A DNA stretch of 64,000 nucleotides from the human T2T-CHM13v2.0 reference genome, Homo sapiens: assembly GCF_009914755.1 (NCBI RefSeq), contig NC_060939.1; one strand, written 5' to 3'. How positions within the stretch are numbered: position 1 is the first letter of the stretch; each line of letters begins with the position of its first letter. This document shows, piece by piece, positions 32,446-44,234 of the stretch. The notes beneath the pieces are model-generated. The model was not told the DNA's origin. It made no database searches and worked only from the letters and a program-made list of their open reading frames with translations. Both the position numbers and the translations under genes were made by a program.

Positions 32446-32506
32446 GTAGAATTAGTCTAAATTTCAGCAAAAACTACTATGAGTAAATATTGAGTCACTG
32501 AGAAAG

Positions 32507-32655
32507 ATTTTATTTTTTATTTTTAGAGACGAAGTCTCGTTCTTTTGTCCAAGCTATCATACCTCACTGCAGCCTCCCACTCCTGGGCTCAAGTCATCCT
32601 CCTGCTTCAGCATCCCTAGTAACTAGGATTACAGGCATGAGCCACTGTGCCTGGT
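32507..32655 (-). mobile_element. Alu monomer (FRAM/FAM-like)
   Basis: Single antisense arm with a T-rich tail: ctcactgcagcctcccactcctgggctcaagt...gagccactgtgcctgg. Confidence 0.85.
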
Positions 32656-34004
32656 GATTTTTAATAGACAGGTCAGGAAATGCCTAAATTATAGCCGGGG
32701 TCTATGTTACACAAAGGTGGGAACTCTGATGGATCTGAAAGAAAAGGTGGACCATCTTTCTAAGATGGGTCTACATCAATGCAATGACTGCTTTAGTCAA
32801 ATGCTTTAATGAAAAACTAAATAATGCTTGCTATTGAAACAGCAGACTGACACATATTATTGACAACTCATGTACATAAATATTCTTGGATCGAGTGACT
32901 CTAAAATAGCATAAGAAAATATAAAAAACAGACGCAATTAATGCTTAATTTCACTTGATTTTTGCTAGCAGGGTTTGGAGGGCCTTTCTCCTTTACTCTG
33001 AGCCTAATGTCGTTTTGGCTGTCCCTTGGCCCACTTAAATCAGCCTCCAGTCTTTGAAAAGAGGCCATGGCACACTTTAGATAGGAAGCAGACAAAATAA
33101 GGTCAAATAAAAGTCCGAGTAAGATGGGCCGCAATTCTTCTTCTCATGCATTTCAAATTAAGAGGGACTGTAAGGGTTAACTATAAAGTATTCCACCTTG
33201 AACCCCCACACTCTCTTTATCTAGCACACCATAATAAAAGATCAAGAGTTCCTGCTTATTATCTTATTTTTCCTGCTTGCTCCACCAGGCTAAGGCCCAG
33301 TCCGGTTATGGATTAACACGGTGATCAATAGTAAGCCTGCTGTCTCTCTCTCGGCAGGGGAAAATGAACTCAAAATGCAGTCAAACTCTTATTGATCAAG
33401 GATATAGGTCTCACTTTCATTACCTCTGTCTCCTGATAACCCACAAATAATGTGATGAGTTGCTAATCTCTCTGATTTTCAACGGACCCTTCACCCTTCC
33501 TGTCTGCACATTGCAGCTTTTATTTTCATCTTGATACACACTCTGTGTAATTCATGTAGCACTAACTCTCACTCTCTTACCGTCAGTCCTGGTCAATCAG
33601 AGTTAATAATATCGCTCTTCACTGGGGATGGAGGCTTCAGCCAGTTCAAAATAGAATGTCTCCAAACGAGGCAAGGAAATGCAAGATGAAGACAGCTCCT
33701 TTCAAGGACAGAGAGATGTGAAGTCTTCTTGGTGAAGCAACACTCAAATCCCAAGATCTGACCTGCTTCTACCAAGGTAGAAGATTCACAAACTTAAACG
33801 TTCAAGTCTCTTGCATGGCTAATTTTACCTTGGCTTCTGTTTCTCAGAGGACATGAACGGAGTGATGCAAAGCTTTTTACCCTGGTGGTGCTAGGAGTGG
33901 GTCCCCTCCTTCTTGGTGCCTAAATGGTCATGGAATTTCTATTAAATAGCTGGAGAGAATACCATGGGAACCTAGAGAGAAGCGGACCTTTAAAATATTG
34001 TGCT

Positions 34005-34297
34005 TATTTATTTATCTATTTGAGACAGAGTGTCGCTGTGTTGCCCAGGCTGGAGTGCAGTGGTGCGATCTTGGCTCACCTCTGCGTCCTGGGTTCATGC
34101 GATTCTCCTGCCTCAGCCTCCTGAGTAGCTGGGATTACAGGCATGCGCCACCACACCCAGCTAATTTTTGCATTTTTAGTAGAGATGGGGCTTTACCTTG
34201 TTGGCCATGTTGATCTTGAACTCCTAACTTCAACTGATCTACCCACCTTGGACTCCCAAAGTGCTGGGATTACAGGCGTGAGCTACTGCGCCTGGAC
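34005..34297 (-). mobile_element. AluS
   Basis: Antisense dimeric Alu with a (TTTA)-type tail. Confidence 0.93.
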
Positions 34298-34316
34298 TCT
34301 TTATTTTATTTTTTAC

Positions 34317-34365
<49 letters not shown>

Positions 34366-34404
34366 ATCTATCTATCTATCATCTATATTATCTATCTATC
34401 TATT
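34317..34404. repeat. Compound (CTAT/ATAG)n tetranucleotide STR
   Basis: (CTAT)12 followed by CAT-interrupted units. Confidence 0.95.
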
Positions 34405-34567
34405 GACATGGTTATGAGACTGTCTAATTTTTTTTTTTTTTTTTTTTGGTAGAGACAAGATTTTGCCATCTTGCTTAAGCTGACCTCGAACTCCTAGGCT
34501 CAAGCCATCCACCTGCCTCGGCCTCCCAGAGTGCTGGGATTACAGGAGTGAGCGGCCATGCCTGGCC
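34405..34567 (-). mobile_element. Short AluJ derivative (left arm + linker + short 3' segment)
   Basis: Antisense left monomer and A-rich linker, then gacatggttatgagactgtctaa in place of a right arm. Confidence 0.8.
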
Positions 34568-34594
34568 TGTGTTGATTTATTTAATTAAAGGTAG

Positions 34595-35186
<592 letters not shown>

Positions 35187-37890
35187 ACCCAAATCAGTTT
35201 TAGGAAAATGATTCCTGTCACAAGCATGGTTATTTTTTTAGTTTGTTAGTAACATAACTTTACTACCATTTTGGGGGGGATTCTGCGACTTATGACTTTT
35301 TTAAAGCAAAGCAAAAAGAAAGGAAAAAACCCTTCAAATTTCATAATGTGTGATATTGCTTGGGCATTTGGCTTATCAGAGATCCTCAAGTATAAAATGG
35401 CATTGAACACAGGTATAAAAAAGACAACTAATACTCACTGTTTTCCTCAGCTGAATTGTTAGAATTGAATTCAAACAAACAATGGTTGCTTTTACCTCTT
35501 TGATATAAAACCCCAGGAAGGCTCACCTACCTGAATCACTTTTGTGAGTAAAATCATATTTTCTGCTGCCAAACTGATTAAAATAAGTTACCATGACACC
35601 AATTCCTCATTCCTGAAGAAGATACGAGATGACCAGCTGCAACTAAGCAAATACTTTGCTCGCGTTCAGCCCATAGGGTCTGAATGCTGTTTTCCAGCTC
35701 CAGTCCAAACGATTTGCACACCTGTTGAAGAGAAAGTAAAATATGACAGTGGTACAAACTCCGGGGGATTAAAGCGATTTTCACTGAGCTCTTAAAGCTG
35801 AGGTAATTGCAGGTCTCATTTTCTTCTTTTGTTCTGCAGAGCTGCATGTGAAATTTGACAACAAAGTCCTCGTCCCCTTTTTTGCAAGGGACTGGGTGGC
35901 AATTTCTTCAGTTTTCCCCCTTTCCTCTGTGCTGAGTCACTTTTGAAATCCTCTCATTTCCTTTGGCTTCATGGGATAAGATAAAAGGAAAATCTATCCA
36001 GGGCAGGCTTTTGTTTATTGGGCAGATTTTGGAAGTAACTTTAGAAGTATGGTTTTTTTTTAACCTATTCTTTTAAAATTCTGATATCAGACAGCTGAGA
36101 GAATGAGAGGAAAAGGTGGTTGGTGAAGGCTGGTGAGAAAGCTTACCCTGCTTATTTTGTCAACACAGGAGGAGAAGGCACTCAGGGAATGCTCCCCTCT
36201 TGGTGTTCTCCGTGTTCTCATGGTGAGCAGTGTCATATACAACCAGTCTCTGATTTGCTGTACTTCCCAGGCTGAACATATGCTGCAGAATACCTTTGAT
36301 GTTGCCACAATTGTGTGTGTGATCTTCAATCACGGATGTCATCAAATTTTATTAAACTTAATGTAGATAAAACCAAGACATTATTGATTAGTTCTGCCAT
36401 GCAAACCTCCCAGGCTTCCTCTTCGAGTGGTTTTCTTCTGGGGAGGCTGTCTTTATCCTTTCAATAATGCTCATGCCCTTGGAGCCACTATGGCTTCTGA
36501 GTTTTCTTTTGAAGCCCACATCAATCATATAATTAAGACAAAGTTGTATTAATACAACTACAGCAATCTTGCCATATTGGAAGGCATGTTCTCTGGTCTG
36601 CTGGCGCAGGTTTAACTCATGCCCCTCTTTCATGTGGGCATAATTACTGCTGTTCTTTTTCACGGTTCTTCGTGGTATATTTTCTGTTAATCCAAATTTA
36701 ACCAGACACACCCCTGTTTGGTTTTAAACTTTTCTACCTTATTAATAGGATTAACTGGCTTCTGACAAAGAAGGTCAGATTCTCTTTCCCCTTTGTAGAC
36801 ATCTTCTCAGCCACTCTATCCACGAATGCTGTCTGGTGGCATCCAAGCATAGCCAAACATTCAGATGGAAAATGAAGAATCCAGAAAATCTCCCAGATGC
36901 CCCAGGTGACCAGATATTTGGTGTCGGATGGGCATAGCATCCAGATCACTGAATTTTTCTTAAAATTATTTTCCAAATCTTGCTGTCTGGGAGTTTTTGG
37001 CACGAGGCAAACACAGGCAATTTCCAAGCCCCACCCCCGCCCCCATCCTACTGCCTTCTCTTTTCTCCCACACTATTGGCTAATCTTACTATGTTTTTCT
37101 CCCCTTCCTCTTTCCCTGTATTTGTGTTGTGGGTCCAATCTTAACATCTAATAGGAAAACATGGAATGGAAGGCAGGTGGGGGAGCTCAAGTTTGGGAAT
37201 GAGACCCAGGCAGGTGGCAGTTCTAGCTGGATTTCTGATCAGCCGTGTTTCTACTTTCTAAGACATACAACTTTGCTTTCCAACAAGGTATCTGCATTCT
37301 TGGAAAGAAGGAAACCTACTTTCAGATGAAAACATCACATTTCTCTGAAGAAAAGGCCTTTGGTTTCAGTTTGAAGAGGGTTGGCCTCCTGCTGTACTTG
37401 AAAAAAAAATCTCACTTTTAAAACACAAGCAACAGATGAATAACCTTTTCCTTCATCATGTCTAGTGATTAAAGCATACGGTTCTCAGTTTAAATAAGAT
37501 CATAAACTATCTTCACTATAGGTTCATGTTTGAGAATTATTTCATGAGCTGTTGGCAATTCAGCATCTGCTAGAGGTTTGTTCAAACATCTCATATTCAT
37601 TTAGGATTTTAGATTTTTTTTTTCTAAATTAGCTGGGCCATTTACTCAGTTTCCTGGAGTAATGCCTTCCATTGTACATCAGTGTTGTGAATGCAGTCAC
37701 TGGCACTCATAAATGTCCACAGGGGAACTGTGCATTTGTACAAAATATTTGTATAGCTTTAAAAAAATTCTAGCTGACCTTAGTGACTTTTTCACAAAAA
37801 CCTTATAGAAAAGTCATGCACTACTTTTTGACTTAAGTTTTATTCCTAAAAGTTTTGTCAGTGGAAACAGGTACTTACCATTTCTTTTAG

Positions 37891-37932
37891 AAAAAAAAAA
37901 AAAAAAAGAAAAAAGAAAAGAAAAGAAAAAAA
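37891..37932 (+). repeat. A-rich / (GAAAA)n tract
   Basis: Poly-A grading into gaaaa units. Confidence 0.8.
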
Positions 37933-38059
37933 GGAAAACTGTTTGCCCAGTGCATTTCCTGTTTGGCCTCAGCTAACAGGAATCTGCCCCTAATCTTGTC
38001 ACCAGTGTTAAGCATCTCAGGGACATGAGAGCATCTGCTCCCTTTGCTACATTTGGAAA

Positions 38060-38160
38060 AGTGGTTTTCAACCTTAGCTGCACGTTAGCATTATTGTAGC
38101 AGTTTAAAAACATATATTGAAGCCTGAGATCCACCCCCAGAAACTGGGATTTAATTGAAC
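38060..38160. mobile_element. MER5A-like remnant
   Basis: gtggttttcaaccttagctgcacgttag...ccacccccagaaactgggatttaattg. Confidence 0.6.
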
Positions 38161-38469
38161 TTTGGCTTGTAGCTTATTTGGTGAACTATTTTGGAAATTG
38201 GTGGAGTAGATAGACACAATAAACAAATTACTTTAAATCTTCTGTTAAGAGTAAGACAGGATACACATATATATATACAGAATACAAATAAGCAAGCAAA
38301 GTAACTAGCAGTTGGGTCAGGGACAAGCCACTTAACCTGCGTGGCTTTGCTTCCTCATTGTAATCACCAAGTTCCCGTCTGCTGTAGGACATCACTGTGA
38401 TCTGGGGTTCCCTGCCAGTCCTCCTCAGTCCTTGGCCTCTCATTCTTCGAATTGGTCCAGTCTTCTGCA

Positions 38470-38800
38470 GCTCAGATAATCTTTTACACCTGCTGTTTCC
38501 ATTCTCCCTTTCTCAAGACCCTCAAATGACTTCCCATTAGCTTCTGGGTCATATTCAAATTATTACCTATTGGTTTCAAGACCTTAAGTCAGGCAATCCC
38601 TTTTTATGTCACTTTTAATCTCTCCCCTTCCTGCTCCATTTGTGGCTGTCAGAATCATCTTCACCAAGCAACACTTGTTCCTCTGTCTCTCTCTCTCTTC
38701 TTCTGAGCCCTGCTTGCTTTAGCCTATCAGGGAAACTTTCTAGATTATGCCCACCTGACTTCAACCATTCTTCCCATCCTCCTAGTATATAACCCTTCCT
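38470..38800 (+). mobile_element. L2 fragment
   Basis: ctcaagaccctcaaatgacttcccattagc...attcaaat...ttcaagacctt is pyrimidine-rich L2-like sequence. Confidence 0.45.
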
Positions 38801-39406
38801 GCAAACCTCAGCTACCTACCGGTGATTTAAAACCTTGTAACTAGGTTTTGTTGACCTGAAGAAAGCCAGAATTGCCGGGCAGTTGCCCAGGGGATGCTTC
38901 TCACACAAATCATGGAGAGATGACCAGAGGAAGGTATTTAAAAAACACAGATGGAATCATTTGTATTCTTTGCACACTATCCACATGACTTGGTGGTTCC
39001 CCCAAATCACTAGTCAATATATTGTCTTTTCTCTCTTCTTGCCTATGTTTCCTAGCACTACTCAGTAAATCCTTAAAATGGAAATAGAAACCAATACCCT
39101 AGATTTGGAGCAAATGTGATTAATTTCTTGCTGTAAAATATGTCAGGAAGTAATGCAAGAACCAAATTGTTGTTTTAACATTAATTCAGATCTCCTGAGA
39201 TGGATTTACTAGCTTATAAATACATTTACAATGGGTCACCAAGTCTCTCACTTTGAGTTAATTTTCTAATCATCTCTTAGATAAAAGAGGAAGAAGGAAA
39301 GGCATCATACATATCTTATAGCCTCTGGATATCTTCCCTTTATGCATACTAAGCATTCAACACATATTTTTTGGATGAAGTAAAACTAGCCTCAAAACTT
39401 TTTGAC

Positions 39407-39720
39407 AACTGGATGCAGTGGCTTATGCCTGTAATCGCAGCACTTTGGGAGGCCAAGGTGGGCAGATCACTTGAGGTCAGGAGTTTGAGACCAGCCTGGG
39501 CAACATGGTGAAATCCTGTCTCTACTAAAAATATGAAAACGTAGCTGGCTATGGTAGCACCTGCCTGTAATCCTAGCTACTCGGGAGGCTGAGTTGGGAG
39601 GATCACCTGAGCCCAGGAAGTTGAGGCTGTAGTGAGCTGAGATTGTGCCACTGCACTCCAGCCTCAGGCATGGGAGTGATACTCTGTTTCAAAAACAAAC
39701 AAACAAACAAAAAACAAAAA
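39407..39720 (+). mobile_element. AluJb-like, full length
   Basis: ggaggatcacctgagcccaggaagttgaggctgtagtgag, an (AAAC)n tail, and TSD-like caaaacttttt on both sides. Confidence 0.94.
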
Positions 39721-39766
39721 CTTTTTTTTACTTCTTGGACTATTTGTAACAGAATCACCAGTTAGG

Positions 39767-39768
<2 letters not shown>

Positions 39769-39800
<32 letters not shown>
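39769..39800. repeat. (GT)16 microsatellite
   Basis: Perfect gt repeat. Confidence 0.95.
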
Positions 39801-39803
<3 letters not shown>

Positions 39804-39825
39804 AGGTTGCCTGTTAAAGTAGTTT

Positions 39826-39905
39826 GGGGCCCTCAAACTGGATTTACTACATTTTAGCAAACACCAGGGGATTTTTATAGACACTAAAATTTGAAAACCA
39901 CTGCC
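39826..39905. mobile_element. MER5-like terminal remnant
   Basis: ggggccctcaaa...cattttagcaaacaccaggggattttt...aaatttgaaaaccactg. Confidence 0.5.
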
Positions 39906-40659
39906 TTATGATAATATTCAGAAATACTGTTATAAATTTTATCTAGCATTCAGAATCTATCAGCTCAGTGAAACAAACACCCAATTAAGAGACAAGAGGC
40001 TTTTTCCTCCATCCTACCCCTATACCTATATCTTACAATGTGCAGTTACTAAAGCTCTGGGAAGTCAGCCTTGTATGTAAATCTTTTGTTTACATCATTT
40101 ATCACGTTAGAAAAATGAAATCATAGTCAATTTCACAATAGTCCAGCCGGCTAATGAGCTATGCTTATCATTAGTTCTCTTTCAGTCTTGAGCTTCTCTC
40201 TTTCACCATCAAATGAAAGAAAGAAAACAGCATGCTACAGGACATTATTTTAAACTTTTTAAATTCAGGGAGACTTCGTATGTAGAAAACAATGTTAGGA
40301 AGTGGCAATATATTCAAACCTATACTGATTTGAAGCTAGCAACCACCAACAATTATAATGCAAATAATAATTAATGTAAGATGAATACAAATAGAGATTC
40401 TTGTTGTCCTAACAAGATGTTCCTTTTTAGGCTGTTCTTTGAGTGGATCGTGATAAAGCAAACATACTGTTTTAAGGACGATGGGGCAGTGCTTATGCTG
40501 CTTTCTTTCTGGCCCGTGTTGGGCCTCTTAGGGTCACTCTACAGGATGGAGGAGAAAGACAATACAAGAGGGAATACAAGAGGGGAAGTAAAAGGAGCCA
40601 GATAGACCCCATTCACACACATTTACGATGATTTTACTACAATTTTACACCCCTTAGGG

Positions 40660-40955
40660 ATTATTATTATTATTATTATTTTGATGGAGTCTTGCTCTGT
40701 CGCCAGGCTGGAGTGCAGTGCGTGATCTCCACTCGCTGCAACCTCCGCCTCCCGGGTTCAAGCCATTCTCCTGCCTCAGCCTCCCAAGTAGCTGGGACTA
40801 CAGGCGCCCACCACCACGCCCAGCTAATTTTTGTATTTTAGTAGAGACGGGGTTTCACCATGTTAGTCAGGCTGGTCTGGATCTCCTGACCTCGTGATCC
40901 GCCCGTCTCGGCCTCACAAAGTGCGGGGATTACAGGAGTGAGCCATTGCCCACCC
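40660..40955 (-). mobile_element. AluSc-like with (ATT)n tail
   Basis: ctgtcgccaggctgg (1-bp deletion), gacctcgtgatccgcc, and TSD-like ttagggatt on both sides. Confidence 0.94.
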
Positions 40956-41269
40956 CCACCTGCCACCGCCCCATTTAGGGATTTCCATAGCTTGCATTCA
41001 AAACAGCTGCTCTATGTTTTGGCTGCTTTTCTCAGAGTCTTGGAGGACTGAGACATTTGGGGGAAATTTACATTGCATGTTCAACACCCAAATGGGAAGT
41101 TCACAGTTCACCAGTGGAATTTTACTTTCTATAGCTAAGGGTTTCTTGAAGCCCTTTAAGATCCTGAAGGAAGAGAAAGCCAGAACCAAATAAGAGCTGC
41201 TTAAATAAATGATTTAAAGGATATTTGATGAATTATTAACTTTTTGGGTGAGGTGTCAAATACAGGGTG

Positions 41270-41370
41270 TCTCTCTCTCTCTGGGATAGTGTGCATGCCA
41301 TAGGATTATTGTGAAGATCAATAGAGGTAATCCACGGCAAAGTGCTGAGCAATGTGCATGGTGTTTAGTC
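41270..41370 (+). mobile_element. MIR 3' fragment
   Basis: cataggattattgtgaagatcaatagaggtaatccacggcaaagtgctgagca. Confidence 0.55.
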
Positions 41371-41727
41371 TCCTTATTGCTGTCTTTAATGCTATTTCTA
41401 TTAACTATATCTTCAATATATAAAACATACAATAGACATTGTCCAGTATAATTTAAAACTATGTTAAATTTTGAAATGGAATACGTGAAAACTTTGACAA
41501 CTGGCTCCCAAGGCAATCCTAGATTTGAATTCCATTGGATTCAAATGTGTGTATAGTCTCCTTATTGCTGTCTTTAATGCTATTTCTATTAGCTATATCT
41601 TTGATATATAAAAACATACAATAGACATTGTCCAGTATAATTTAAAACCATGTTAAATTTTAAAATGGAATATTTGAAAACTTTAACAATTGGCTCCCAA
41701 GGCAGTCCTAGGTCCAAATTCCATTGG
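41361..41727 (+). repeat. Two-copy tandem duplication, period ~188 bp
   Basis: 41361-41538 and 41549-41727 align at roughly 90% identity (tagtctccttattgctgtctttaatgctatttctatt...ggctcccaaggca.tcctag...aattccattgg). Confidence 0.95.
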
Positions 41728-42224
41728 TCCAGGAATGTGGTACACCCTACAGGGCCCAGTTGCCCTTCACAAAGTTGACGGAGTCAATTGTTTGCTGCCC
41801 CTGGAGGAGCAAGCAGAGATTTGACAAGATGACCAGACAGACATCTTTGGGTGCTGGTTCTACCTGACTTAAGGTGTGATTGGCTCCTTTGGTGTGGGCA
41901 CTAGGCCACCAGACGGGCAAAACTTCCTCTCTCTTCCAAGCACAGGAATCTGAGCAGAATGACTTTTCATTACCAATGAATTCTTTATAGTCTTCTTTTA
42001 TTTTTTTTCAATGAGTTGCTTTTATTTTTGTCAACAAACTGTGTCATTTACCATAGTAAGAAAACTCCTGTTGTTGGAGGTCTTTATCAGAGTTCCTACA
42101 AATCAGGTTAATTGGTGATCAACAGAGCTTTTCTGTCTTTAATGAGGCCTAGTAGCCCAAGGCAAGGCCTACCTCTTGATAAGGGACTTTCTTTTTTTCT
42201 TACTCTGAACTCTTTGATCACTTA

Positions 42225-42257
42225 AAAAAGAAAGAAAGAAAGAAAGAAAGAAAGAAA
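42225..42257. repeat. (GAAA)n microsatellite
   Basis: aaaaagaaagaaagaaagaaagaaagaaagaaa. Confidence 0.9.
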
Positions 42258-42814
42258 CTAGGAAGAACAACCACCGGGAATGTCATTGTTCTTTAATTGC
42301 CTGATTACCAAATGTTGGAGATAAAAGATAGATGTTCTCAATTAATAACATTTACATAGATTAGCATCACTAACAAGCCTCATTAGTAGCTGCTGATTTT
42401 TGTTTAGATGGTGTCCCAAGTCATTTGCTCTCTCTCTGAATGTGCGATCGAATGCACCTTTAGTATGACAAAACATTGCCTTCTAATCTATTTCCATTAA
42501 TCAGACTGTAAGGCATTTTAATACACAGACAGGTTTTTAATTAATTAAAAGTTAATATTACCTAGTGTCGACTTCACAAAAGGTTTCATGTGTTAATAAA
42601 GTTTCACAAACTGTTTCTAAACTCTGGCTATATTTCATAGAACGTAAACACCCTCATTGGATTAATCACAGCACAAACACATCTCCATTCACATAGATGA
42701 GCATCACAGAAACAGTCCGTTTACCATGTGCCTGCCGTGTGCCTTGAATTTTACATAGACCATCTCCTTAATCTGCCAACAGTCATGTGACGGAGGTAAT
42801 AGAAGCCTCACTAC

Positions 42815-42860
42815 CACGCACGTGCACACGCGTGCACACACACACACACACACACACACA
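42815..42860. repeat. (CA)n / alternating purine-pyrimidine tract
   Basis: cacgcacgtgcacacgcgtg followed by (ca)13. Confidence 0.9.
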
Positions 42861-43109
42861 GAGTGAAGGTTCAGCGTGTAAGTGAAATGCCCAGGACAAC
42901 TCAGACCTACCTTTGAGTCCAAAGTCTATGCTCGTTTCACGGACTTTGAAAGGATACCTTCTGCCTTCCACATGCATCCAGAGAAAGAATTCATTGATAT
43001 TTTGTGCAGAAGCGAATGTTTGAGAAAACCTACAACTAACCATAAATCATATTTTAAACCTCATCATTCACTTTTTAATTTTTGAAGACAAATGGAAAAT
43101 AAACAAATA

Positions 43110-43600
43110 AAACTATGCAATAAACACATTTTGTAAATAGAAGGATTTGAGATATTTAAATTTATAACAATCTATGAACATCAAAAATCTAAAAATCTGA
43201 AGTTTAAAGATTTTGTAAATATATACAAATTTTATACTACTGTAAGGGGATAGGTGTAGTATATGTTTATCAAGGGAAATACTTTTTCAACTATTTTGAT
43301 GAAAATATAAATTCATTGTTTTTACATCTTATGGAAAAAACACACCTCCAATATCATGATAAATATTTCATAAAGGAATAAAAAATGTTTTCAGACTCTA
43401 TGATATCAATTTAAATTTCTTACAAATATGAGTATGGAAGCCACAGAATAGATTTTAAAACAACCAATATTTGATTAAAACTTCAACAGATGGACACATT
43501 TCAAAAGACTGAGAAAGGTATTCTAATGTAGAACAAAATTTTAAAAAATGTTGATGTTGGCCATGCAAAAAAAGGTGGGATACAGAGTTTTGCACTATTA
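43110..43600 (+). mobile_element. Very old L1M-like fragment
   Basis: Reverse complement shows degenerate antisense-L1 text (cttttgaaatgtgtcc...attggttgttt...tctgtggctt...aaatttaaattg...ttcctttatg). Confidence 0.35.
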
Positions 43601-43789
43601 TTTCAAGTGAATCTTGATGTAAACCAGCAACTCTGCGTAAACACAATTCCAAAAGGAAAACATTGGAGGGAAAGTTTTGTAAAAGAAATGTAGTCTTTAT
43701 TCCGCTTGAGGTACACTATGTTTCTTTGAGAGTGCATGAAGTAAAATGACAATTCTGAAATCTTATAAAGGAATCTGATTAATATTTTC

Positions 43790-43956
43790 TTTTCCTTTTT
43801 ATTTTTAGAGATGAGGTCTCTCTTTGTTGCCCAGGCTGGAGTGCAATGGTGCAATCATGGCTCACTGCAGCCCCAAACTCCTGGGCTCAAGCGATCGTTC
43901 CACCTGAGGCTCCTGAGAAGTAGCTAGGACTACAGATGCATGCCACCACACCCAGT
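43790..43956 (-). mobile_element. Alu right monomer (FRAM or 5'-truncated AluJ)
   Basis: Single right arm with TSD attaatattttct on both sides. Confidence 0.9.
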
Positions 43957-44234
43957 GTCTTATTAATATTTTCTATTTGAGTTTATAAAGACTTGAAGGA
44001 GTAGCTTAAATGAGAAGAAATTTAATGTAGCTTAAATGAAAAGAATGTGATTCAATGAGGGCATCTGGTTCATTGTCCCTTTATAGGATTCGATTTAGGG
44101 TTGTTAAAATTTGTGAGGGTATTTTTTTTTCTGCTATCAGCACCTATCAACAGTCACCCTAAAACAACTTTAGCTCATTACCTTTTCTTTTCCCTTCCTT
44201 CCCTCCAGCTCCCTCTACTCCTAACATTCTATTT

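Noticed and set aside
43455-43652. Minus-strand ORF that superficially suggested a hAT dimerisation domain
   Set aside because: The diagnostic ERxFS motif is absent and the nucleotide sequence reads better as a very old L1.
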